Source: Lama glama
Lineage: Eukaryota
Length of the DNA: 64,000 bases
Direction of reading: 5' to 3'
Assembly (NCBI GenBank): GCA_028534125.1
Contig: CM052817.1
Coordinates: 3,536,001 to 3,600,000 of the forward strand
Shown here: piece after piece, positions 1-11,970 of the stretch
How positions within the stretch are numbered: the stretch's first letter is position 1
Layout of the letters: each line of letters opens with the position of its first letter
Position numbers and translations under genes: made by a program
Notes under the pieces: generated by a model
What the model was told of the DNA's origin: nothing
Seen by the model: only the letters and a program-made list of their open reading frames with translations
Database searches by the model: none

Positions 1-1775
1 CCGACGCTGCATCCCCAAAGGCCATGGGGTCTCCACTTCCCTGCAGGAACGCTGTGCTGGAGCCCAGGCTGGCCACGTGAGCACTCCCACTGCTCTGAGA
101 CCACCTGCCCAGAGGAAGTTCCGGCTGCTCCACAGGCACAGCACACGTGGAGAACCCAGGGAGCTCACAAAAAGGGGGCCATCTGCATGTCCCCTCAGGA
201 CCTTCTCCAGCCCCCGGACTCTGGGATCTCAAGACAAGGCTGTCCCGCCCACAGACAGGCATCACAGCAGTGCCAGGGTGTCGGCTGCTTCCCAGGACCG
301 GACCCAGTGCACGTGGTCCCAGCCTGGTAACTCCCAGACTGGCCAGGCCATGCTAGTTCAAACAACCAAGAAAGCAGAAAAACGGGAGGTTCCAGGAGGC
401 CACACAGCAGACGTCCCCACTGTGTTGTGTCCGGCCAAAGGCTGCTGTCCGTATGCCTTTCAGTTCACTACATAGTAGTTCTCAGCCAAAAGCAGCACCA
501 CACAAACATGAAGATGCTTTGATCCCCGCATTCAAGAGCTCCTGGTCCTGCAGGCTAGACCCCGATGCCGAAGGACCATGATGGTGGTCAGTTAGGACCC
601 AACGATGATAAAACTGTGCGGGCAGCAAAGCAACCCGTGGCAGTGTGAGCAACCTTTGTAACTCAGTCCAGGGGAGTCAGGAAAGGCTTCCTAGACAAGG
701 CAATACCTCATTAGGGTTTTGAAGGATGAACAGGAGTCTGCCAATGTATTCTGTATAACTGGATCGTAGTCTCACTACTTCCTCCTTCCTCCTTCCTCCC
801 TCTTACCCTTCTCAAGCACTTTATGTGACATAACATTTGTAGTTCACTCCCCACAAGGTATAGGGAAGACCGGTCTGTTCACCACCATTTAGAGGAAACA
901 CCCAAGCAAAGGTGTCAAATGTCTTCCCTAAATAAAATGCCGCTGATGAAGACAACGCACCGTGAGGCTCGGAATCCTCGGAGGGCCTCCACCTTCCGTG
1001 AGCTGGCGGGACAGGATCACAGCCTCAGGGTTGCCCTGAAGGGGGGGTGGGGGAGGGGAGGACAGACGGGATGACTTCCCCCAGCCAGGACCACCACAAT
1101 CATGAGGGGTGGGCAGAAGGAGGAGGTGACCAAAGCAGGAGACAAAAGGCAGGGTTTTTAAGACCAAAACAGACAGCTGCTTCATGCCTGCGGATGCAGC
1201 TTCCACCCGTCTGGGATCACAGCTCCGCCTACCACTCACCCCACCTTCATGACAAATTATCACAAAGTAATTCCGCATTCCCTGTTTGGTGCCTTAATGG
1301 TGCATTTGCCTCACACTCCAGGAGGATTCGGCTGGAGGAGGCAGATTTAGAGGAGAAAATTAAACGCTGTCAGGCCTGCCTTGCACAGCGTGCTCAGCCA
1401 GGCTCCAGGGGCCGCCCCAAGGATGCACCCTGCGAGGTTCCCAAACCACCTGGCCAGGGCCGAGCTTCTCAGGAGCTTCCGTCCTCCCAGAAGGTGGGTC
1501 TGACTCCAATTCCTGCCAGTGGTGCCTGGAGGGCCTGGAAACCAGCCCACCAGGCCACCGCAGCCTTCCCTAGCCAGCCTCAGGATCCCACCTCCTGTGG
1601 CAGCCACCCTCTCTTTGCACACCTCTGTTTATTTGCTGATACAATTAATAACAAGAAGATGGAACAGCCACTGAGTTCCTACTCTGTGCCTGGGACGTAT
1701 CAGTAAATCCATTAAACAGATGAGAAAACTGAGGCCCAGAGAAATTACCCACCTCACAGCTGCTAATGAACATAG

Positions 1776-1980
1776 ATTCTGGAGTGAAGCAGTCAGGTTC
1801 AAATTCCAGAATGATCACAGAGCTGTGTGACCTGGTCCAAGTTATTTAACTCCTCTGTGCCTCGGTTCTTCCATCTGCAAACGGGGTGAGAGCAGCACCC
1901 GCCTCACAGGACTGCAGGGCAGACTGAGTGAGTTCATCCACATGAAGTCTAGCACAGGCCCGGAACAACGAAGCACTGGG
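1776..1980 (+). mobile_element. MIR SINE
   Basis: gctgtgtgacctggtccaagttatttaactcctctgtgcctcggttcttccatctgcaaacgggg matches the MIR core. Confidence 0.8.
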
Positions 1981-3569
1981 TGAGTGTGTACTGGGGGTGG
2001 AGGGGGAGACCGCCCCAACCCTGCCCAGCCACCCCCATCACCGCTGTGGCCCTGGTCTGCCTCCTTCCTTGGGCTCCTCACACCAGTCCAGCAGCAGCAG
2101 CAGCTCAGATCTGGGCCGAAGTGGCGGAGGGAGTGGGGGGAGCGGTCCTCTCTGCTCCTTGCAAAAAGCCCCTTCTTGGAGGACGCTAACCCTCACTCTG
2201 GCAAGTGTTTCCAGCAGGAGGCTTCTGGTTAAAGAGCCTGTCCTGTCCGAGGTCACACCTGGAGTCAGACACGGCGGCCCGGCACACGCACCACCACTGC
2301 CTCCGAGCCCACCATCCCCCTCACCCAGCAGGGGCACAGCTGTGAGCGCTGGGGCAGGGGCACCTATGTTTGTGCCTGACAGCAATCCATCCACCTCCTA
2401 CCAACCATCAAATAGAGTTAGGTCCTGTGGGAACCGGGGACCCACTCAGCGGATCTCCGTCTTCTCGGGACACTGGAGTGGCTGCTGCCTGCTGGAGCAG
2501 CAGGGGAGAGCCACGGCCCCAAGCACGCAGGGTGGGCTGCGCGGGGTGCAGAGTCCGGGGGTCCCTGGAATCCTCTAGGCAAGCCGGCCTCCTGTGATGA
2601 GGATGCTTGCTGGACCAGGCGCTGACCAGTGCACGACTCCTGAAATGCAGGTCACGCTCCTGAATGGAACCAGGCTGCAGGGCTGCCGGGCTGCCGGGCT
2701 GCCGGGCACCCAGAAAACTTCCAAACACCAAACAAACACCAAAGAAAACAGTTTGAAGGCTCAGCTGGGCAAGTCATAAAAGCCTTAATTAAGTAAAGAT
2801 TCCTGGATTTCTTTTTTAATCCTTCAATAAAACTCCAGCACAGACATGGGCGGAGGGGGGCTGCAGGAGTCAGGTAGCTGCAGCCGCGATGAGACCACAG
2901 GAAAACACCACCGGGCTGGCTTCACTCCCCAGAACAACAGCCTCTAACAAGCGCAGCCCAAAGCTGGGCTGCACCCACATGTGCAGACGACTGTGTAGAC
3001 CCATGCCCAGCGGGAGCCCAGGGGCCATCCTGTGCAGGCCATGCCCCCATGGGGCTGGAAGTTGAGTTGGGTGCCCAGCCTGGTGAAGTGAGTGGCCAGC
3101 TCCCCGATCTGTCCATCCCTGGGGGACCCCTCAGCTTTGTGCCCTCGGCTCCCTCACCCTCCCCACCCCCCAGATAAACATGTCTGTTCCAGCTATGAAG
3201 ACTTCGCACCATCCCAGAGTGGGCCCCGCATGGCCACACACTTTTCAAGGAGCCCTTTCCAAGCCCAGCCCTTCCCAGGAAGCAACCAAAGGGCCCGTGT
3301 GACACCTGCACTTGGAGTCATGCTGTGATTGAGACACATCAGTAGATCTGTCCAGGAAACATCTGCACAACTAGGCAGCTGGTGTGTTCGAGGTTCATGA
3401 CCTTTGACTGGTGACCTCGTCAGCAAATTTGCCCTAGGAAACCATCGACACTGGACAAAGAGATGCATCCAAGGGTGCTGACTTGGCTAACACATGTCAG
3501 GACGATCGCTCACGATGACAGGGGAGCTTCCTTCCAAGAATACAACTACAGGGACACAATGAAGAAGTG

Positions 3570-3995
3570 ACAGTTCTTAAGAGGCACAAACCTCCAGGTG
3601 CAAAATAAAGGAGTCACGGCACGAAATGCACAGTGTGGGGAACACAGTCAGTGATCATGCAGTATCTGTGGATGGTGACAGATCGAATCCCGATTTATCC
3701 CGGTGATGATTTGAAATGCGTAGAAACATCGACTCACTATGCTGTGTAACAGGAACTAACATAGTGTTGTCGGTCAAGTATACTTCAGAAACAAACTCGT
3801 AGAAAAAGGGACCAGCTTTGTGGTTAACAGAGGCAGGGTGGCGGGGAGGGAGGGACTGGAAGAAGGTCGTCAAAAGGTACAGACTAAGATAAATAAGCGC
3901 AAGGGACGTGACACACAACACGGCAGGTGCCACTAACACTGCTGTGTGTCACGTGTGAAAGTTGCGAGTAAATCATCGCAGGGTTCTAACGTCTG
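3570..3995 (+). mobile_element. L1 3'UTR fragments
   Basis: cactatgctgtgtaacaggaactaacatagtgttgtcggtcaagtatacttc is a typical L1 3' end. Confidence 0.65.
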
Positions 3996-4624
3996 CACAG
4001 AAGCACAGTGGGAAGGAAACGGCCAGAAGGGTGGACACTGCTCCCTCAGAGGTGCGGGATTATCGGTCATTTCAGGTTTCTTCTTTCTTAGACCTTTCTG
4101 TTTGCAAGGTCCACGATGAGCACGGGTCCCATCCTCAACTGGAACACGAGTCTGGGTTTTCTGCCGTTCGGTGGGTTGTTGGTTTTTAATGGTCAGCTCA
4201 GGGCTCTGGAGGCCTGGGATTTCAGCACCCTGGGGTCTCACTAGGGAGCAGGACCCAAGCAGAGAAGCCCTCCCTCCACTGCCCAGCAAGGGTCTGCCCA
4301 AGTAAGAGACAGACGAAGCCCCTGCAGGTAACTAACTAGTGGACTAAGTTGAGGCAGAATGGTGAGGAGTGGTTTTCCCGCCTCCACTTGGTTCCTCTGC
4401 AGAAAACCTCTCCAGGTCTGCCTTTCAACCACCCTCAGGGACATCCACACCCCGCCCACCTGTGCAGAGCCACACCCACCTCCCTCACCCTGAGCCTCGC
4501 CAACCCTTTCCTGATGCTCCAGCTCTCTCTAGCCACTGTCCAGAGTGCCCTTCCTCACCCCAGCTGTCCCCTACATAACCACAGCCCATGCCCCTCCACC
4601 CCATTGCTCCAGCCGCACCACCTT

Positions 4625-5155
4625 CTTCTTAACAGCTTTGAGATAAAACTCACACACCATACAATGCATCTATTTAAAGGGTACAATTCAGTGGGTTTTA
4701 GTACATTCACAGAGTTGTGCAAATATCACTGTATTCATTTAGAATATGTTCATCATCTCACAGCCATTCACAATCATTCCCCACCCCTCCACCCACCGGC
4801 CCCTAACCACCACGTCTCTACTTTCTGTCCCTATGGATTTGCCTATTCAAGACATTTCACATAAATGGGGCCGTACAATATGTGGTCTTTGGTGTCCGGC
4901 TTCCTTCACTCAGCATCATGTTTTCAAAGTGCATCCACTTCGCGCAGAGTATCAGTTCCTTATGCTTTTATGGCCAAATAATATTCCATTGTATGGATAT
5001 AGCATATGGCTTATCCACTCATCAGCTGATGGGCATTTGGGTTGTTTCCACTTTGGGCTATTGTGGGCTTCTCTTGGGTGTGTGTATATATGTATGGATG
5101 GATGTGCATATATGTGTATGTACATATATATGCACATCTAGGGGTGAGATTGCTG
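4625..5155 (-). mobile_element. Old L1 (L1MB-like) 3' end
   Basis: ctactttctgtccctatggatttgcctatt...ccttcactcagcatcatgttttcaa...gggcatttgggttgtttccac. Confidence 0.85.
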
Positions 5156-5394
5156 TGTCACAGGCACTGCCCTCCTCTCTGTCCCCCAAACCTGCCAAGC
5201 CTGTTCCCAGCTCAGACCTTGAGTGGCAGGTCTTGCATGGCAGGCTCCTGGCCATCCCTGACCGCCTGACCCCTGCAGGTCCCATCCCCGACCACTCTGT
5301 CTGCTGCAGGTCATTATGAGTTTGATTTTCTCCATGGTGTTTACCACCATCTGAACTTATTGTGCTGGTTTTAGGTTCTGCATCCCTCTCCCCT

Positions 5395-5520
5395 CCTAAA
5401 ATACAAGCACCTTGAAGGCAGGAGTCTGTCTGACCTGCTCAGCACTAAGTCACTACCACCTAGCACAGGCTGGACACCCGCAGGGTACTCAGTATGTACA
5501 TGCTTAATTTAATGAAATTT
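5395..5520 (+). mobile_element. L2 3' end
   Basis: caagcaccttgaaggcaggagtctgtctg...cctagcacaggctggacac...actcagt. Confidence 0.6.
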
Positions 5521-5934
5521 AATTTAATTCCCCATGTCTGAGTGAAGTGCCACCTCCTCCAGGAAGCCCACCTCCAGCAGCCCTGGCCAGCATGTATTTA
5601 TCCATCTGCTCACTGGACCAAGGGCTGCTGGAGGGCAGGGCCTGTGTCTGGTTTCCTTGACTCACAGGTGCCCACACAGGCGGGGGGCATAGCAGGTGCA
5701 GGGGAGTTTTGCCAAACCACAGGTCCGCCTGACATCACTCCACTTGGTGATGGTTCACCCCATGCGGAGAATCCACGTGATTCTCACCAGTCCCCCAGTT
5801 CAATTGGAAACCTTGCACACCTCAAATTGGAAGGACAGTGAGTGTAACCCTGGCCACACTAGAAGTCACTACAGAGTTCTCTGGTTCCACTGGTCACGCT
5901 GCCTGAGAAAGGGCTCCCCAGGGAGGGGGGCAGC

Positions 5935-6070
5935 AGACAGCTGGAGAGCTCATTGAAATGCAGGCGCCAGGCCCACCCCACCGACTCAGGACATCTCAGG
6001 TGAGCCCTGGCCTTTGTCTTTTTAACAAGTTCCCCCAGGAGTCTGAGACACACCAAAGTTTGGAAATAAG
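5935..6070. mobile_element. MER5-like hAT-Charlie DNA transposon fragment
   Basis: gaaatgcaggcgccaggcccacccc...tttaacaagttcccccaggagtctgagacacaccaaagtttgga. Confidence 0.7.
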
Positions 6071-9000
6071 TCTTCAAGGACATCAATTTAGTGACTCAGG
6101 GGAAAAACAAAAGCAAAAGGCAGTTAAGATTTGCCCACCAGAACTCAGGGACATCTGGTCAACCCCAGGGGGTGTGGCCAGCTCTGCACATACAAAGGAG
6201 AAAGTCAACGTGATTAGATGTTTAATTGGGCACCTCCGTGAGCTGATGCACTTGCCCACGTAAGTAATTATGATTTATTAAGCAGCATTCTGCTTATTAA
6301 AAGCCTTCTTTTCTCTCTCTGACAAATCATGGGGGCATTACCTTGTTTTGAAAAATCATTCCTTCTTTAAAAAAACCATGTGGGTGCCGCTTAATTAATC
6401 ATTTACCTTCTATAGCAACTTGGAAACAAACTAAACGTGCAGTGTGCTGAAATGATCTGTTGGAAATTTAAGACAAACTCACCCCCGAAATCACTTCCCA
6501 CTGCACGGTGCCCCGAGCACTTGGAAAGGAGGCTGAAAACAGCAGCAGGCAGCAGCCTGCAGAGGCCACCCCTCCGCGCGGGACGCAGGCCGAGGGCGCA
6601 CGGCAGGACCTCGCCCGGCGGCCTCCGCTCTGAGCCAGGCAGCAGCCCCAGCCCTAGGCTGAATCAATCCCACCCACCTCAATGAACCCTGAGTAGATTG
6701 TTCCAGAAGATCAGTTTGAAGGGGCACCAACGTCTCGGCCTGCCTGGGACACGCCACGGCCCCTGCAGGAACGAGGAGACCTCCTCCATCCACTCATTCC
6801 TGTGCTACAGTTATTTCCTGAGGTCCTACGACGCACTGAGCCTTAAATTAGGCATTAGGGTGCAGAGGTGAATCGGATGACGCCCCTGCTCCCAACATCG
6901 CAACCTCCAGCAGTGGCAGATCGCATCGTGACCAGTAACGCATGGCCTGGTCACCTGCTGTCCCCGAGCCTCCACCTCTGCTTCGGGAGCTAGAAGAACA
7001 ACACAGAGTTGGCCCTCTCCAGGGCGGCCTCACCACTTTGGAGCCACAGCCAAGCGGGGCTGGGTGGAACAGGCAGGCTCAGAACCTGCAGCCTCAGCCC
7101 AGCCCCAGGGACACGAAGCCGGCCAGCCTGGGGGGCCAGTGGCCTCCTGACGCTTCAAGTTGCGAGTGCTTTTCACGGAACTAGCACTAAAATTCATTCC
7201 ACAGATTTCTGGCCTCAAATCAAGTGAAGCAAACACTGCCATATTTCCACAGGGACACAGAGGCATCCTCTGGGGCCTGAGCTGGGGCTGAGCTTGCCTC
7301 CACGTCGAGGTCCCGTCTGCCCTGCAGGGCCTCCTGTGTCCCCTGCAAATTCGCAGCCCGTGACAGTGGTTCTCAAATGTGGCTGCCGATGAGAACCATC
7401 TGGTTGCCCAGGCCTCAGCCCAGACCAACTAAACCAGGCACCCTGGGGTAGGGCCCAGGCAGCAGATACCCTAAAGCCGAACTGGGACCCCTAGATCTGT
7501 GAGACGTTGGGTCTTCAAACGCAACAGGGCCCCAAAGTCTGACACCGCCCCTGTGTTCAGGAAACTACTAATTCTTTCGGAGACAGAAAAATAAGAGAGA
7601 CATACACGCAGACAAAAAGATCAATCAAATACAGAATGCATACGATAATTGAGGAAACGGGTGGAGGACAGAAGGACACGTTTCAGGAGGGTGACAGGAA
7701 GGCCTTGCTGACAAGACCCCCGAAGTGACACAGGGCCAACACACACTCCAGGTAGAGGGAATCGCGGGGTCACAACCGCTGGGGTGGGAAGGGCCTGGCA
7801 CGTTCCAGAAGCTGGGAAACCATGACTTGCAGAGTGCAGTGGGCAGGGTGAGTGGAGGCCAGGCAAGGAGCTCGGACTTTATGCCAAGTGCACCGGGAAG
7901 CCCCGGGATGGTTCTCCCGGATACAAGCGCGGGCGGGTGGATGAGCAGCAGAGAGGAGCCACGACATGCCGACTGGGAATCACATTCCCGACATTAATGT
8001 CGCCTCCTTGACCTTTGTCATCAAGTTCCCACCGGCTTCAGAGACTTGAAAACATGCTCAGAGTATGGAATCAAAACTTTTGTTAAATACAGGAAAGGTA
8101 TCAAATCATTTCTAAATTCCCCAGTCTCCTATTTCCAGCCCATACACCGAGCAGAAAGAGAGGGAAAGAATACGCATTGTGTCTAACAAGGCACAGCGTT
8201 TTCAATGTCTTTAATCTCTTGAGAGAGGAATTATTTCAGTGGGCCAAAGCCGCTATCTATAATTAATATCTACGAAAGTTGAACCCAAGAAAAAAAAACT
8301 TTTTCAGGCTAAAAATCCTCATGTGATTTCTAGGTAATTAACAGCTTGGGCTCCATCGTGTAAAACTGGGCTTCCACCTGAAACCAATTTCCTTTTTGGC
8401 TACCAAGTCGGTTCTTTGAGTGACGCAGAAGAAAGCTATTAGAATCCATTTAGGCAGCGCAAATAGGAGGTGACACCTAGCCGAATGGGAGGGGAGCCCG
8501 CCAAGTGCAATTAGGAGGCAGGATCTCTTTGTTTGGGTCCCTTTCATTGTTAAGCCCAAACGTCCCCTTCCGCCGTACAACGGCTCGCAAACCTCCAAAG
8601 ATGAGCTTCTGCTTCTAGGGGGGCCCTCCTGCTTCCTGGCCGGTCCAGTGGCTCAGCCCACCCTGGCCCTTCTCGGCCCTGCAGGGAGAGCCCCGCGTGA
8701 CCTGTGGGGGAACCAGGCCACCCAGAGGTGCACTGATCTGCCGCTGTCCCCCAGCTGACCTGTGGGAGGGGCAGGCCCGGGACCCTGTCCCCCCTGTTCA
8801 CCGTGACCTCCTCTCCAGAATTCTCGACCTGCCCCCAAATCCCACAGCTCTCACCATCCTAAAAACCAGGCCTCCATTCAAGACCCCGGCCCTGCGGGAG
8901 GAGCTGCCCAGCCAGTGACCCCCTCCCGGAGGCTCCTCTCCGGCTCCTCCTTTAACCCCAGGGTGTTTCTCCCTTTCATCCATTCGGGTGCTGTTGTCAC

Positions 9001-9654
9001 ACACGCCAACACACAACGAAATAATAAGTCACTGAAGAGCAGAAGCCACAGGCCTCAGGCAGTTTTGTCCTGGGTGTGGGGGCTGCACCCCTCCACCCAC
9101 CTCAGGGGAACCGCCTTCCGTTGGTAGATACTCAGTGAATATTTGCTGATTCGATATCATTCAAAATTAGCCAAAGTTTACCTCCAAGCAGCTTAAAAAC
9201 CTTCATCTTCAGTAAAAGCATGCAGACTCAGTCTCACGGTAGGGCTGTCTGTCCCACGGGCCCCCCGCCCCAAGCAGGTCTACAGAAGGATGGGCCTAGA
9301 GGCCAGTCGTCGGCAAGTTGGTTAAATGTGCTTTAAAAATAACTTTCATTTATCTGCAACTCTCTACGGACTCTTCCACTCACCGGCCTGTTCTACAAAC
9401 ATTCACTGAAACCTGCTACGCCCGGGGGCTCTGGCACCAGCAAGGCCACAGGGTCCTCAGGCTCCGAGTGGGGACACAGTGTCCCGGGGAGACAGGCGAG
9501 GACAGAAGCGCGTGGTCTCCAGTGTGTGCTACGGTGCAGGAAAAGCAGGGGACCAGGGGCCAGGAGCCCGGAGGGAGGGCTCCGGGACAGGCAGAGGGTC
9601 ACAGGAGCACAGGCCCAGAGGGAAGAGGGCAAAGGACCTGAGAAGGAGGGGTCC

Positions 9655-9866
9655 TCCAGCCAAGGAGTGCGGGCGCCTCAAGAAACTGCCGAAGGCCAGG
9701 AAACGGATTCTCCCCTGGAGTCTCTGGAAGGAACCAGCTCTGCCCACACCTGGACTTCAGCCCACTGAGACTTCTGACCTCCAGAACCATACGAGGATAC
9801 AGCTATGCGGTTCTCAGCCACCAAGTCTGTGTTGTTTGTTACAGCCTCCGAGGAGGGACTGATGCA
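9655..9866 (+). mobile_element. MLT1 (MaLR) LTR, 3' part
   Basis: ggaaacggattctcccctggagtctctggaaggaaccagc...ttctgacctccagaac...ttgtttgttacagc. Confidence 0.85.
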
Positions 9867-11559
9867 GGGAGACGTGGGTGAAGGGCCCGAGCCACAGATC
9901 CACCCCTCTGCCCACCCCTGCTGGCCCCAGGTGGATGGGTCCTGGGCTGGGTTTCCACTGGGGAGCAGTGCTCACCATCCACAAAGACAAGGCAAGCTGG
10001 TCTCGCCTTCACCTCTGCTTTCTAATGTTTGCCACCAGGTGGAGGCAGGCTGGGGCCACTCAGCAGTGCTTGGCATCACCCCCCCTCTCCCTGAAGTTCG
10101 GGCCTCGAACAGGCTTGCAGCCCAGCACCCAGCCAGCAAAGACAGGCATCCTTCGCGTCCACCAGATGACACGCCCTGCTTGCAACATCACCTTCTAGCA
10201 CAACTCTGGCTCGGTGCTGACCTCAGCGGCTCTCGGCAAGTCCAGACACCCTGGAATGTGCCGTCTCAGGAAGGGGGTGAGCCTCCCACTGCTGGAAGGA
10301 TCCTAGCTGGGACACAGTGACCTCTGAGCACCCTGGAAACTCTGAGACCTCTAACTCCACGCCAGGGCTCCTTGTTGGCGACCACCCTGTACACAGTAGG
10401 TGCCCACGTGGCGTTTGCTGAATGAATCTGCCCAGAGAGCCTTCCCACCCGACAGCTGTTTTTGTGGCAGAGGGAGCTGTGAGCACTGGCTGGCTTCCTT
10501 CTCGAAAACAAGAGGGGACCCAGCTGTGATTCACCTTCTACGACTCTCGTCAGACACCCAGGGCCGGAGACTGGAGGCAAAGGCACCAAAACAAAGACTC
10601 ACAGCCGATTTCCTGACAGAGGGAATCCAGCCCGACCCACGGCTCGCTCACTGCAGGGAACTTCACAGCTCAGGGGTAGAGATGTGAAATAAAAGCGCTT
10701 CAAGGCTGCTCCAGCCACCCCGGTCCCTAGAGATTCAGCCAGGCCTGGCTCTCCCAGGTCCCACAGGCTCTCTGGGTCTCCCTCTGGAAAGGGCCCTGGC
10801 CTGGGAACCTGCAGTCTTGGTCTAGACCCTGCTCTGCCGCCCACAACTCTGGACTCTGTTCAAACCATTCAACCTCCCAGGGCCTCAGTTTTCTTATCTG
10901 TAAAATGAGGCCTCTAAGATGTCTTGCGACACCCACATCCCCTGATTTGACTCAGTGGCTCCTGGCTTCTTTGGGTTGAGATCTTGGAAGCATAGGTGCT
11001 GAGAGACTCAGATCACAGCTTATGAGGGGGAGCGCAGGGTCCCCCGGCTCCAGGCTAGGACAACCACACCAGTCCCTGCCCCACTTCCCTGACAGCCTTC
11101 CATCCATGTTACCATCTGAGGGTCGCCTCCAGCCTGCCTGGGCCATCCTCTGGCCCCCTCATCCAGGCACAAGGATCAGTGTCCCAGGAAACATTCACCC
11201 CATGAAGGAGTGCACAGGCCCCAGGGAGGTGAGCACAGGCCACATAGCAGGGGTCTCCTTACTTGGGAGCCGTGTGGATGTGGGGGTGGCCCCCAGCGGA
11301 GCTGACAGGCTGGGGGGCTTCACCATTCAGCACAGCATCCAAAGCAGAAGCGAGGAGCTGTTTTGGCCTTGACTTGGTCGAAATCACGCATTACAGAACT
11401 GACCCCTCTAGGAGTGCAGGGCACTGGGGGAGGGGAGGGGACATCATCTGGTGGCCATGAGTGACCTCCCAAGGTGGAAGGATGACCCTCCAACAAGGAA
11501 GCTGGGAGACAGCAAGGCTGCTGCCCAGCCCTCTAATCGCCCCCTCCCCGGTGTCCTCT

Positions 11560-11970
11560 GCAGGGTCCTACTGGGTCCACAGTTGAGCATGGGGTCCTGG
11601 CCTGACAACCAGCATTTCAGACCTCTGGCCAAGATGATGGGTTCAGAGCCGGGAGGTAACCCATGCCAGTCACTGGGTCTCAGTTCTGGACTTCCACTGG
11701 GAATACTGGTGGACAGCAGTGTTCTTTAGCCTCAGATTTTCCAGGAGCCATGTCCTGGGGGGGGGGCTGTCCTGAGAAAGAGACCAATACACAGGGAAGC
11801 AGAGCCCAGAGACAGAGACAGAGGCTGAGGGACCGCACCTGCAGCCCCTGGAGCCAGCCACGCCTGAAGTCAGCACCCTGGACTTTCTGGATCTGCAAGC
11901 CTATGATTCCTCTTTTTCACTTAAGCTAGTTAGAGTCGGGTTTCTGTGACTTGTGACCAACAACCTTGCT
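11560..11970 (+). mobile_element. Old MLT1 (J/K-like) LTR
   Basis: ttaagctagttagagtcgggtttctgtgacttgtgaccaa is a typical 3' end. Confidence 0.6.

Noticed and set aside
11869..11889. REST/RE1-like tcagcaccctggac (similar half-site near 4221)
   Set aside because: The right half deviates from GGACAG and the site lies in an LTR remnant.
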